Assembly (NCBI GenBank): GCA_951406725.2
Contig: OX597827.1
Span: forward strand, 84,382,001 to 84,446,000
Origin: Octopus vulgaris
Lineage: Eukaryota
Direction: 5' to 3'
DNA: 64,000 nt
Under the pieces are notes generated by a model. That model saw only the letters and a list, made by a program, of their open reading frames with translations, was not told where the DNA came from and did not search any database. The translations under genes and the position numbers were made by a program. This document shows, in pieces, positions 40,743 through 53,828 of the stretch. Position 1 is the first letter of the stretch, and every line of letters begins with the position of its first letter.

Positions 40743-43115
40743 TATCTAGCTATCTTTCTGTATTGCTGAGTCCGTTGGTGGGAAGCGAGAGGATCTGCTG
40801 TTTGACGATAACCTATGGGGAATTCTGATTTTCAGGTAGAATTAAATGAATGGTTGATCGTAAATAATGACTTCAAATTTTGACTCAAGGCTAGCGATTT
40901 GAAGGGAGGGGCAAGTCGATTATATCAACCTCAGTACTCAACTGGTTGGTACCTCGAAGGGATGACAGGCAAAGTCGACCTCGGCGGAATTTGAACTCGG
41001 AATGTTAAGCCAGAAGGAATATTTCAAACTAATGTCTATGACAGATTTTAAAAGTTTGGCTGTGAAAAGAGGACTGGCATTCTTGGAGGTCAAAACAAGA
41101 TACACCGTTTTGTTGATATAAGGATGAAAAATGATTAATTAATGTTTATTAATTACAAGTTGAAATTGGGTTCTCCTGGAAATGTTGATCATGTAAACCA
41201 ATGAATTTAGTGTAACGATGTGTATTGGTTGTTGCTACGTTTAACTACAGTCATGTTGGTGCGCTAACTCACAGGTTTGGGTCTATACGAGCCGTATTTT
41301 TAGCAATAATGTCTATACAGTTTGTCTGGGACTTGTGGAATCTGCTAAGGATCCGGTGGTGTTAAGCCAACCAACAAACAAGATCTACCAGTTGAGAATA
41401 CGAATGGTCCCACTGACACGATTCCGTACAGTTTCCGTCAAACAAACTTCATTCACAATTTACAAATCGTCTTCATGTCACAGCCTGAATCCAAAAGACG
41501 CTCCATCTCTCAATACTGATTGCCATATTTGAGATATTATGGCAACATCTGAATATATCAAAGTGTAGAGAGAACAGTGATGCCTAGTACTGGTCAAATA
41601 TTTACCTCTCCCCAGAAATTGCTGGCCTTGTGCCAAAATTGGAAACTAATATTACAATCAGACATAAGGCAGCGAGCTGGCTGAATCGTTAGCACGCCGG
41701 ACGAAATGCTTAGCGGCATTTCGTCCGTTTTTACATTCTGAGTTCGAATCCCACCGAGGTCGACTTTGCCTTTCATCTTTTCGGGGTCATTGGTTGTAAT
41801 TGATGCTGTGGTTGACTTAAAGGCGATAGGGATGAGATTCGAGTAATGAAGACACAGTGTTAGCTTTGAATGGAGTAGAACTGGCAGAATCGGTGGAGCA
41901 TCGGCTGAAATGATGTGTGATATTTTGTTACATCCCTTTACTTTCTGGTTTCAACCTCATGAAAGTCAACTTTACTTTTCCTTCGTTCATTGTTCCATAA
42001 AATAGATACCAACGAACTATTGGGGGACATATAGTCGATTGTAACCTTTGACCCGTTGTGCCTGTCAATTTTAACCCTTATCGATCTGTCATAAGTTACA
42101 TTTTGTATCGCTACATATCTTCTATAATATTTAAACTCGATATCATCTGCATGTGTTACCTTATCATTATTCCATTATTGAGAATGGATGTCACGGTGGA
42201 CTATTCCACTAAGGAGTTCTAGAAGGACGACAGCTGATATTCGATACACAACATTCCAGAGCATATTTAGTATATGTGTGTGTATAGACTGATATGGAGA
42301 CGATACTAGGACAACACTTACAGTCCTCCACAGGAAATGGGTCTAAGCTATTCATTTTAGATATTTGGTTTCATCAAGCGACTCTCTAACCATCGAGGCT
42401 GTATACACACTGTAACTGTGTATATAAGTGCACAAGTGCATGTACGCATGTGATAGTTGTGTATAGACCCTTGTGTATTTTACGGACACATGTATGTTTG
42501 TCTCTATGAAACGCGTACACACACACACATATACATAATACACATATATACTTATAAATATGCATATATATATATATATAAACGCATACACACATATATA
42601 CACGTTCGTATTGGATTGTAAACAGGTGTATATATAGTTGTATAATAACTACACACACACACACATATATATATATATGTGTACACAAGTGAGTAGACTA
42701 TTAACTACAGGTGTTTTGACAAAATGCATTGAAGGAATATTATTTTCTTATTAGTTTTCTATAATCATCTACAAACGTCGCTGCCACCTTCGCCATTTCG
42801 CCGCTTCTTCTTCTTCTTTGCACCGTGCCTAACAATCAGCCCGTTAGATACAACACCGTTTCCTAATGCTGTGTCGTCTGCTCGGCCAATGGCGGCAACT
42901 TGAGCACTCCTACTGAATCAATCTTCACTAAAGGCAATTCATTTCTAGTCTCCTCTTTTAACATACCCTGATGTCAAATTGAATAACCTTATTTGTCGGG
43001 CGGACCTTAATTGCCGACATCAATAGACGCAACCTCCCTTTTCCTACCTTTTCTGCTTTTCTTATAATTCTTTTTACATTTAGACTCCCATCTCATCATT
43101 TTCTATAGGAGCTTT

Positions 43116-43163
<48 letters not shown>

Positions 43164-43269
43164 TTATACACAGACATACACGCGCGCGCGCTTACAATGT
43201 GTTTGTCTGTATGACTGTCTACTCTCTCCAGGGAGTATATCAAGTGTCCCTTAGAAAATTTGTAAACTG

Positions 43270-43300
<31 letters not shown>

Positions 43301-45009
43301 GAGTATCACCGTTTCGTGTAGTCGGAGTAGCTACAACAGAATCATTGATGTCTCAATCAGAAATTGTTGTTGTGAGACACTCGAGAGGAGTGGCCGTACA
43401 CATCTGATCGATATTAGTTTTGATCAACGATGAACAATATATAACTGAAGAGGATCACTTGTAGTGCAAAGATAAACGACTCTCCTACGCACACACAAAA
43501 CACGAGTCTCAGTGACTCGTGTTTTGTGCATTGGATGGAGTGGTGGATATATTAGTGTAGTTGGTGGGGGAATATATTAATGTCAGTGATGTAGTATGTG
43601 GTTAAAACAAGTGACAACCGAGGCAAGTGTTAGTAAGACGGAAAAACAGAGTTTACTGTCGTCTGAATTTCAAGAAGTGACAGCAAACAAGAGGTGACAT
43701 AGTTTATCAGGATTATCAAAGACGGCGGAGGAGGCAATTGAATTGAACTTCGAAGTCACTGCTAACGGTTCTTTCGTAAATTTTGTGAAATACTTATATA
43801 TGTTGAAGGATTCTTGAATTAATGTTTCACTATTTTTATATATGACTACACATAAACATAAACATCAATACATATCACCGCGTGTGTATTTGTGTGTGTG
43901 TGTATATATATATGTATATCTTTGTGAGCATGTATGTCTATGTATGTATGTATGTATATATGTATGTATGTATGTATAGATATATATGTATGGTACATAA
44001 GTGTATATGTGCTTATCAATATGCATGTGCTTGTATGTTTAAGTATGTGTCTACACACACACTGCCAAATATGTGTTGTGTGTATATATATCTGTGTGTT
44101 TATTCTTCTAAAAAGACAGTGCTGTCCATTAGTAGAGCAACTCCATAATTATAATAAGTGATCCATGATTCATTTCGAAAATGGCTTCAGCTGTCTCCTC
44201 GGCTAAATCTATTCTCGCCGACCTATCATATAACCATTCTTTAGACCCAGTAACTTAGAAACTTTACCATTTGTGAATATTCAGAGACTCTACGAAACAA
44301 TTCTTTGTCATATATTTCATATTTTCTGCAGTTTAACTGCTCTGTGTTAACACCACATTATGATTGTCTGTCTCTGTACACTGTAAATCTTCGGGTGGTG
44401 GGTTTAATATATTTGATATGTACTATAACTTGGTCCCTGGGTGGCCTTTACTGAGTTGCCTGTGTAGACATTAGTCTAAACCTGACCGGAATGGACATCA
44501 AGCACATTAATACCACCAAAGAGCGAATGACTGCATATACTATGGACATGCTCTCCATGCTCCGCGATAACTTAGAAATAAATTGAAAAAGAGCATTTTC
44601 GGTTGTAAGATGTGCGTCTGCCTAGAATATTTCAGTAAAAATCATCCTCAACAAACTCACTTCTTTACAGAACAAAATATCCCAAGGAAGATATACACTT
44701 AGACAATTCCTTTCATTGCACATTGCTCCATTGTACTTCGGGAAATGAGCACCGGCAATCCAGTGCCGCTGTCGTCCTCTTTTAAATGTTCCGTAGGTCC
44801 AATGTTGGCAAAGCTGAGACAGAGTCTGTGTCATCTCAAAATGGCTGAGATGACACAGAAAAACAATTAGGCAATGCAGTGGGTGTGGGGATGGTGGTGG
44901 TGGTGGTGGCTCTCAAGTCATTTTAGCTTGGGTGTAATGGCTGTGGGATGACTGGTTTTTCTCTCTCTCCATCTACACACACTCACACTTGCATATATGC
45001 ATACACCCA

Positions 45010-45058
<49 letters not shown>

Positions 45059-45379
45059 ATATATATATATATATATATACCTTTATTTTTTTCTTTTACT
45101 TGTTTCAATAATTTAACTGCAGCCATGCAGCACCACCTTTAGTCGAGCAAATTGACCCCAGGATTCTTTGTAAGCCTAACCCTTATTCTATCGTTACGGG
45201 GGCGTAAACACACCAACATTGGCATCAAGCGATGTTGGGAGTACTGAACCCAGAACCCTGAACCCTGTGGTTGGTAAACAAGCTACTTACCACACACACA
45301 CACACTCATGTCCCTATTATATATGTATGTATGTATATATATATATTCTTTTATGTGTTTCAGCCAGGTAGCTGTGGTC

Positions 45380-47150
45380 ATGCTGGAGCACCACCATGAT
45401 TTTTTTTCACTCTTTATTTTTGTACCCTCCCCCCACAATCCTTCCATAGTTACTCTCCTCCTACTAATGTAATCCCATCAAAATTGTCGATGGCCCATCT
45501 GATGTATGAGGGAATTGGATACTGCTGTCCTCAAGTGTGTCTCATGTCGAGCCATTGGTTCGTCTTGTGGATAGGAGAGTGTCCAGTTTCTTTTTGAAGA
45601 CTTTCACATATATATCGTGTAAGTTTCTCAATTGTTTTGGCCGAGCATTAAAGACCTGTGGGCCTCTGGACCCTAGGCTATTGCAGTATTTGGTTCTTAT
45701 ATTAGATGTATTGGACGGTACCTTCGGTACTGTGCAGTGGCGTCCAGTATGAGCGTTCAAATAACATAATTGGGTACCAGTCCTTCCAGTATTTTCCACA
45801 TGTAAATTATCACATATCTCTCACATCTGCGCTCTTGGAAGTAGAGTCGTAGTTCTTTCAGCCTCCCCCTCTCTCTCTCTGTAGTTCATCTGTTGGGCTG
45901 TAGCAATCTTTTTAGTGTAGTGACGCTGGATTGCTTCAAGCTCCGTGGTTAGCTTGACCCTGTGTCGTGACCACAGCTGGGAGCATTAGCCTCGGCGGCT
46001 GAGCACAAAGGTCTTCCATAGAGTTCACAGGACTTCCTGGTCTCTTGTCCTTAGTATCCATCCTGCCAGTTGTCTGCACTTTGCTGCCGCATTGGTAATG
46101 TGCATGTGAAATGAGGCCTCATTACACATACTGATGCCCAGGTCTCTCACTGTTTGTGACTCTGGGACTGCTGTACCTCCGGGTCCTGTAAATGCCGGTT
46201 GTGGAGCATTTGTGATCTTATAGTGCAGTGCTTGAAATGTTTTAGCATTAAATTGCATATTGTTTTGCTCTGCCCACTTGTGTATTGCTTTTAGGTCGTT
46301 CTGCAGGGTTTCCACCTCGTTAGGATACTTTATTGCCTGGGATAATTTCGTATCATCGACGTAGCTAGTGACAGAGGCTGCCTGAGTGACTGTATGCAAG
46401 TCTAAAAGGGCTACTATAAACAGTAATGGCCCTAAGACAGTTCCTTGAGGGACAGCATTCGAAATTTGTGTTTCCCCAGAGATGGATGCAACTGTCTGAC
46501 TTCTATCGTTTAGGAAGTCATGCAGCCACTCTCCTAGTTTACCAGCCATACCAAGGTTTCTCAGCTTGTGACATATCATGCCAGGATCAACTTTGTCGAA
46601 GGCCTTTGCAAAGTCAAGATATATCACGTCGACATTTGAATGGTCGAGAAGCTGCTTCAGGACCCAGTCATAATGCCGTAAGAGCTGTGTGAGGCAGCTT
46701 CTGCCCGGACGGAAACCACGCTGAGTATCGTTCAGCAAGTTATTTTCTTCTAGGAATGTAATCAGTTTCTTTCTGACGATTCGCTCCTTGACTTTGTTGA
46801 TATGTGAAATCAGAGAGATTGGTCTGTAGGTTTTGGCCTCTGCTCTGCTTCCACCTTTATGGATAGGGCATATGATGCCTTCTTTTAGCTTTTTGGGAAG
46901 ATTACCACTTGCAAGGAGACTCTGGAAGAATATCCGAAGTGATCCCACTAATTCTTGTTTACATGACTTTAAGAGAATAGCTGGGATACCATCGGGGCCG
47001 GTTGCTGAGTTTGAGCTCATTTCATATGTGGCCGCTGTTGCCTCTTCCTTTTCAATGTCAATGGAGGTGATAGTTGCATAGTCAAAGGAATCAGCTGGGT
47101 GTGTTTTTTTATTTGCACGTGAGTCAGTGGAGAGGTGAAAAAAACAATAT
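45380..47150 (-). mobile_element. CR1/L2-like LINE, 5'-truncated, with an open RT domain
   Basis: GPDGIP, YRPISLISH, QRGFRPGRSC, YLDFAKAFDKV, VPQGTVLGPLLF, YVDDTK and VRDLGI in one frame (46025-47150); downstream frames give ERRCERYVIIYMWKILEG and GPQVFNARP. Confidence 0.95.
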
Positions 47151-47156
47151 TTAATT

Positions 47157-47899
47157 AGAAGAAGAAGAAGAAGAAGAAGAAGAAGAAGAAGAAAAAGAAG
47201 AAGAAGAAGAAGAAGAAGAAGAAGAAGAAGAAGAAGAAGAAGAAGAAGAAGAAGAAGAAAGAAGAAGAAGAAGAAGAAGAAGAAGAAGAAGAAGAAGAAG
47301 AAGAAGAAGAAGAAGAAGAAGAAGAAGAAGAAGAAGAAGAAGAAGAAAGAAGAGAAGAAGAAGAAGAAGAAGAAGAAAAAGAAAAAGAAAAAGAAAAGAA
47401 GAAGAAGAAGAAGAAGAAGAAGAAGAAGAAGAAGAAGAAGAAGAAGAAGAAAAGAGAAGAAGAAGAAGAAGAAGAAGAAGAAGAAGAAGAAAAAGAAAGA
47501 AGAAGAAGAAGAAGAAGAAGAAGAAGAAGAAGAAGAAGAAGAGAAGAAGAAGAAGAAGAAGAAGAAGAGAAAAAGAAGAAGAAGAAGAAGAAGAAGAAGA
47601 AAAAAAGAAGAAGAAGAAGAAAAGAAAAAGAAAAAGAAGAAGAAGAAGAAGAAGAAGAAGAAAAGAAAAAGAAGAAGAAGAAGAAGAAGAAGAAGAGAAG
47701 AAGAAGAAGAAGAGAAGAAGAAGAAAAAGAAGAAAAGAAGAAGAAGAAGAAGAAGAAGAAGAAGAAGAAGAAGAAGAAGAAGAAGAAGAAGAAGAAGAAG
47801 AAGAAGAAGAAGAAGAAGAAGAAGAAGAAGAAGAAGAAGAAGAAGAAGAAGAAGAAGAAGAAGAAGAAGAAGAAGAAGAAGAAGAAGAAGAAGAAGAAG
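47157..47899. repeat. About 740-bp (GAA)n tract with single-base register shifts
   Basis: Directly visible; purines only on the plus strand. Confidence 0.97.
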
Positions 47900-47996
47900 G
47901 GCGGCTAACATTGACAACGTAGTGTTCCATTCCATAAACGAAAGTTTTCTCAAGCATGTAATATGTACACATATATATATACCCTTATATACATGC

Positions 47997-48037
47997 ACTA
48001 GCACTATGACCCGGCAACGACGGGTCATAATGCTAGT
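47997..48037 (+). mobile_element. Helitron/Helentron-like terminal hairpin
   Basis: actagcactatgacccg-gcaacga-cgggtcataatgctagt: near-perfect hairpin ending CTAG|T. Confidence 0.55.
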
Positions 48038-49415
48038 TTGAAATAAACTCGACTGCTCTCACAAACGAGAATACTAAAAATGGAGCCGACCGCTCTCAAA
48101 AATTAAGGAAAAATACAGGAAAAATAATCCTGAATCCTTGCCCGGTACCGGTTCGATCCCCAAATCTATTCAGTTCGTGCCCGTCATGAGGTTGTTCAGC
48201 TGAAATTGCTTAAATATTTTTAGCGACTAAACTTCTTAGAATTAGCTCCTTTCCCTGTTATTACATTTTAAATGTCCTAAGAGGGAGTTTTTGTCAACTG
48301 ATTACTTAGATAATTCCAGTAGATTAAAATTTTGCAATACGCTGTTTTACATATGTGAAACCGACCGTATATATGGAGGGAAGACTTCTACCATTAGGTA
48401 CACACTAAGTAAGAGGAGGAGGAGGAGGAGGAGGAGGAGGAGGTGGGACTTTCTTAGGTACCTGTGAGGGTGTCCAGACAGTCTTGTATTATTGCAAAAC
48501 TCGAATGTTCTTGACTTTGAATATTTACAGCCCAGAATGGGAGTTGGAAAGGATAAAAGGTGAGTGCGAGCCAGTGTTCGTACGTCTATGAGGTTGTTTG
48601 ATCTCCTAGTAATAACGACCAAATCTCCCTCAAAGCACAACATGTCGTCTTCGAACAGGTTTGACCCAAAGTTATCTTCAGTCAGATCTGTCCTGACTTT
48701 TAGTAACAATAACACGAGTTGTTGTTCGTAGTAGTGGCGGCGGTGGTGTTTCGGATTGGGTGGAATGAATTAGATGATAGACGATGATGGAAGTCTCTCA
48801 TCTTACGCAGCTGGTATGTGGCGCCACTGTATCTTTTTTAGCCCACTCAGCCGCTAGTTACCTCATCAATCATGTGATCTGTGAAGCAGCCAACCGTACA
48901 CACCGCACACCTCTCTTTTCCTTATTACTTCTACGACTACGTGGGGAGGGGTGTATTCTGTTATATTTTCACAATTAGTCCATTCAGCGTTTCACAAGAA
49001 CCCAACCGCCACCAGCAGACTGTTGTCTGCACACCTTAGCAGACAGGTGGCGGGTGGAAGGGAAAGAACGGTCTACACACAAGTGATAACCCATCTATCA
49101 CTGTATGACGAACCTTAACAATTTTATACTGACTCCACCTAATTATCTCCCTCCGTTCCCCCCTCTCTAACACTATGACGTCGGGCTCGAAACTGAGACG
49201 TCTTGCACCAAAACCAACATTTCACAATATCTTCGAAAAAGGAGATTCAATCTGTGGCCGAGGTTATCGAGCACAAAGCCTTAATAAGTTTCCGATGAAG
49301 AGTGTGTGTGTGTGTGTGTGGTATCACTGGATGTACAGATGTGTAGAACCTATATGTACGGAGGTTGGAACAAGGTGAACATATCCATGATGAAAAGATG
49401 TATTTCTTGCAGTAG

Positions 49416-49472
<57 letters not shown>

Positions 49473-50224
49473 CAGTAGTAACTATTGTTGTTGGTATTGG
49501 CTTCTGTTAATTCTGAATTAGTAAACCTATCTTCTACTATAATAATACTCTTGTATTTTTCTCCGTCACAACATATGAATGAGAAAGGAAGGGGTGAAAG
49601 ATGAATAAGGAAGGAAAGGGTGAGGGCAAACTGGTAGTGGGAGCGTTTCAACTCTGTGTGAGTATATCAGTGTGTTTGTGTGTGCGTGTATAAGCGAAGT
49701 AGGTGAATGTTTGAATGTGTGAAGCAGCGTTCTTTCAGTAACAAACGATGATCGATGTCACATCTGAAAAGACAGCCACCAGATAACATTAATTTGATTT
49801 ACCATCCATATTTTTATGTAAAATACTACAATTAGCCGTCATTTTTGATGGCGCCGAGCCAGCTAGTCTTATAAATAATTCTACTTGTCATTGCGTTTCT
49901 TAGCCCGTCAGTAACACTTTCACGTGATTAGAGAAAAAGAGGGAAAAAGAAAAGAGGGAGAGAGAAAAAGTGGGAGGGAGAAGCGTCCTTGACATGAGGT
50001 AGAGGGTATGTAATTGTAATACTTACACGTGATTAGTGGAAGGGAAAAAGGAGAAAGAAAAAAGAGTGAAAAAGAGGTTAAAGCAAAGAGTGAGACAGAA
50101 AGAGGGGGAATGAAGAGAGAGAGAGAGAGAGAGAAAGAGGGAGAGAAAAGCGTCCATGACATGAGGTTGGGGGGAACGTAATAATTTTAGCAGAGGGGTG
50201 ACGTTCCCTAAGATGAGGTTAAAA

Positions 50225-50277
<53 letters not shown>

Positions 50278-50379
50278 AAGGAGGGAGAGATGATGAGATG
50301 GTGGAGGTGGTGGTGGTGGCAATGGTGATTGGATAGTGAAAAATTGAAGTTTTTTACATCACCTATCACTTAACGTATG

Positions 50380-50858
50380 CGCATCAGTGCAATTCCGTGG
50401 AATATTCACACTTATTTACCTGGCAGTGATATGCAATTTCAAACTCACTAATGACAATATACATGGGATGTTGTTTTTTTTTGTTTGTTTATGGGGAAAA
50501 TGGAAAAATAAGAATATTTATTGTATGAGTGCTGTGTATTAATTCTATAAAATTGTGCATAAAGTATATAAAGCGTATATATAAAGCGTATATAGAAAGC
50601 GTATATAGAAAGCGTATATATAAAGCGTATATAGAAAGCGTATATAGAAAGCGTATATAGAAAGCGTATATAGAAAGCACATCAAGTAATCATCGGGTTC
50701 TAATTTCCTTCGCTTCCCAATGAATAACAGATGAGCGACTATCTTTTCCATACAGACACAACACAGGTTACGCTTTCAGGTTTTGGGGGTAAAGTTTTCA
50801 GAAACAACCCAATAGGTTTATACCATTAATTCCGTGAAATATTCACGGGTCCCGCTAG
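50380..50858 (+). mobile_element. Non-autonomous Helitron-like element with internal minisatellite (left boundary uncertain)
   Basis: Hairpin ccgtgaaatattcacgg (50832-50848) followed by CTAG|T (50855-50859); similar motif attccgtggaatattcac near 50393. Confidence 0.55.
50570..50678. repeat. 13-bp minisatellite (AAAGCGTATATAG)n, about 8 copies
   Basis: Directly visible. Confidence 0.9.
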
Positions 50859-51702
50859 TGATAATTATTAAAGATGTTTCACCCGCGAACTTCCTGTCTT
50901 TATTATCTCCTTCCCACCCTTCGCAAGGTCTTGATTCAGAAAACTCCTATTCAAGTGCGTTCCATCCGTGACTATTCCGATCTTTATTCAGACATTTCAT
51001 ATCTACCATTACATTAAGAGTCGTTTCATTTTTAATGCGGTGTGTAATTTGAGAGAGATTTGCCTGCTATTTCTAGAAACTGGTGACATAGATTAAGGTA
51101 AACACCTTGAATCTGAAAATTGTGTATCAACCACAGCAGGTATGTTGAGAAATTCCATAACTTCGTTTGTAGAATGGAACACCTGGTTGTCATTGTAGTC
51201 GTGAGAAATTCAGTGGATGGCGCTATTGTTCACCTTTTCTCGTATAAAATAAGCCAGGGATGGCCTCATGTTGGTGGGGTTTGGGAGGAAGTGTCAGATC
51301 CCTGAGGGATCCATGTAATTTCTTACATTTATTGGTGTCAGTGGCGGGAATGCGGCCATACTGGGGCATCGCCTTCAAGAGTTTCAGTGTATTTGAGTTG
51401 TGCGTATATGCAGGTGTATGTATGTGTGTGCAAAAGTTTGTAGATGTTTGTGTGTGTGTGTATGCAAATATGTGAGAATCTGTCTATGTGTGTGTATGTG
51501 TGTGTGTGCGGTTTAGCCCAAGGTCGAGCCATGACCAGTAAGACCTATGATCAAACCACTAAACAACTTTGACAATCCAGTGTTATTAAGGTACAATGTA
51601 AGAAATGTGTCTTCTTTCTTAAGGGAGACGATGCTTATAACATGTACGGCTGGGATACGTAACTTCCGTGTGTGTGTGTGTGTGTGTGTGTGCGTGCGTG
51701 TG

Positions 51703-51746
<44 letters not shown>

Positions 51747-52618
51747 TGGAGCTGTAGACTGTGATGTGTCATGTGAACAATATTTCCTAAATCTCTTCTA
51801 CATTCTATTTGAGTGGAGAAATTCAATGGATACTATTTTCAATCTTCATAAAAATGAAATGAAAGGGAGGAGGAGGAATGTTTATGGAGGAGGAGGAGGC
51901 TGGGTTACGACGTGAGAAGTGTGGCGAAGGAGGAGGGGGTGAGGTAGAGAAGTAGCCGAGGATAAGAAATGTGGACCAGAAAGGAGGAGGAGGTTGAATA
52001 ATGAAAAGATAAGGAGAAATAAAAAGAGATGATGACGACGATGATAATGATGATGATGCCAATACCATAAAGAATAATAATAAGTTGTATAAGCGTATGA
52101 AATAAAGGAGTTATAGGAAGAGTGTATGACAAGGTGAATCTGGTGGGGTGGGTGGGGAGAGATGGAGATATGGAAGCAGGAGAGAACGAGAGGGGGAGAA
52201 GTAGAGGAGGAGGAGGAGGAGAGGATTTCAGTTAAAATAGATTTGAATGGCTTAAGGAGAGGAGTGCTAATTACTTTGTATGATTGGACAAAGTGAAGCG
52301 AGTGAATATTGAGTGATTGGAATGTTGAACAGAAATTAGAAGTTCATTCCGTCGCTTGTTGACAACAAAACAACGATTTCCCGCGGCGACCATTCTTAAA
52401 CTCAATATGGCGCACATTTCAAATATTTGACAACGTCAGCCGAAACACAGCATCTTTACACATCGTTTCTAGCTACACGCGCGCGCGCGCACACACACAT
52501 ATGGGGTAGTATCTGTTATTTTCTGTCATAGATCGCCTCTGTAGAAGCCTTGATATACACACAAACACACACGCACACACATAATTTGTACTTAAAATGT
52601 CTACTGTATATTAAGTAC

Positions 52619-52678
<60 letters not shown>

Positions 52679-53453
52679 ATTAATGAATGAATAGATATGT
52701 AATGTTCATATACGATTATGCACAAACGAAAATAGAACATTATATGTAGTAAAATTGATAAATTGATACTCAGGATTGACGCAGGTAAAGCAAATATGAG
52801 TGTTCAAACAACATTAAATAAATGATTGTGGGTGATGGTATATCGGCGGAGAAGTATCGAAGCCAAGCCTAGCAAGACGAGTTGCGATGTCAAAAATATT
52901 GTAGGCCGAAAATGGTTGCACAACTGTGATGTAAGGTGAGTTACACAAATCAGTGGTGTGTTTGGCAAAAGACAACTCAGTGAGTCCGATGCCTATGAAT
53001 TTGTCTGTTGGCCGGTAGGGGGCGGGGCAGGTGTCTAGAAATCACTCAGAAGAAACCTTCCCCGATAACATCAACAGTCTGTCACATCATTGGTTGAGGG
53101 ATATCTCTGGATACTTCAATTTTGGGGCTAACTCAGACAAAGTCTGGAGTTTTGTAATCCGTTGAAATATACAATAGATCATACTTCCTGTTGTTGGAGA
53201 ACGCTTTGGTTCTTGGTGACCCGATTTCCAGATAAATTGGCTCGGATATGTGGATTTTTTTCTCGTTCTTTTACTCAGCGAGTGAAGTATCTGATGTAAC
53301 GATTCTTGAAAGTGTTTGCAGGGAATCTCTTATATTTGTCTCGACGGGAGCACCCTGTTGGAACGGTTTATCCGGGTACAAATCTCAGAGTCTTTTATTT
53401 ATTCCGGCAACGTAATTCTTAATTATGGCCGGAATTGTGGATATATAGAGATC

Positions 53454-53828
53454 AGAGTATCATCTCCAGAGCCACTTGAGTATCGTCTCGAGTTTCACTT
53501 GAGCATAGTTTCGAGTTTCACTCGAATATCATCTCCTGTGTCATTTGAGCATCGTCTCCACTGTCTCTTGAGTATTACTTCGGATGTCACATGAGTAACA
53601 TTTCGAGTAATCTCCGAGTATCATCTCGAGTGTGTTTGAATATCATCTCCAGCATCTCTTGAGTCTCATCTGTATTCTTTGAGCATCGTCTCCAGTGTCA
53701 TTTGAGTATCGTTTCAGATGCCACTTGAGTAACATCTCGAGTGTCCTTGAGTATCATCTCCATTGTCCCTTGAGTATCGTCTCCAGTGTCCTTTGAGTAT
53801 CACTTCCAATATCACTTGAGTATAACCT
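53454..53828. repeat. Degenerate 23-bp minisatellite, about 16 copies (consensus near TTGAGTATCGTCTCCAGTGTCAC)
   Basis: TTGAGTATC recurs with about 23-nt period. Confidence 0.85.

Noticed and set aside
43441-43485. CTGAAGAG followed by a short hairpin
   Set aside because: No GAAA or NUH half of the core
46025-48028. 667-aa ORF as a genuine poly-Leu/Phe/Ser-RT fusion protein
   Set aside because: The N-terminal half is the (TTC)n tract read through; only the LINE RT part is real coding sequence
52800-53450. Possible further Penelope-like relic on the minus strand
   Set aside because: Only vague resemblance; no diagnostic motif recovered by eye
53454-53828. Possible CRISPR-like array
   Set aside because: Contiguous diverged tandem units with no unique spacers, no cas genes, eukaryotic context
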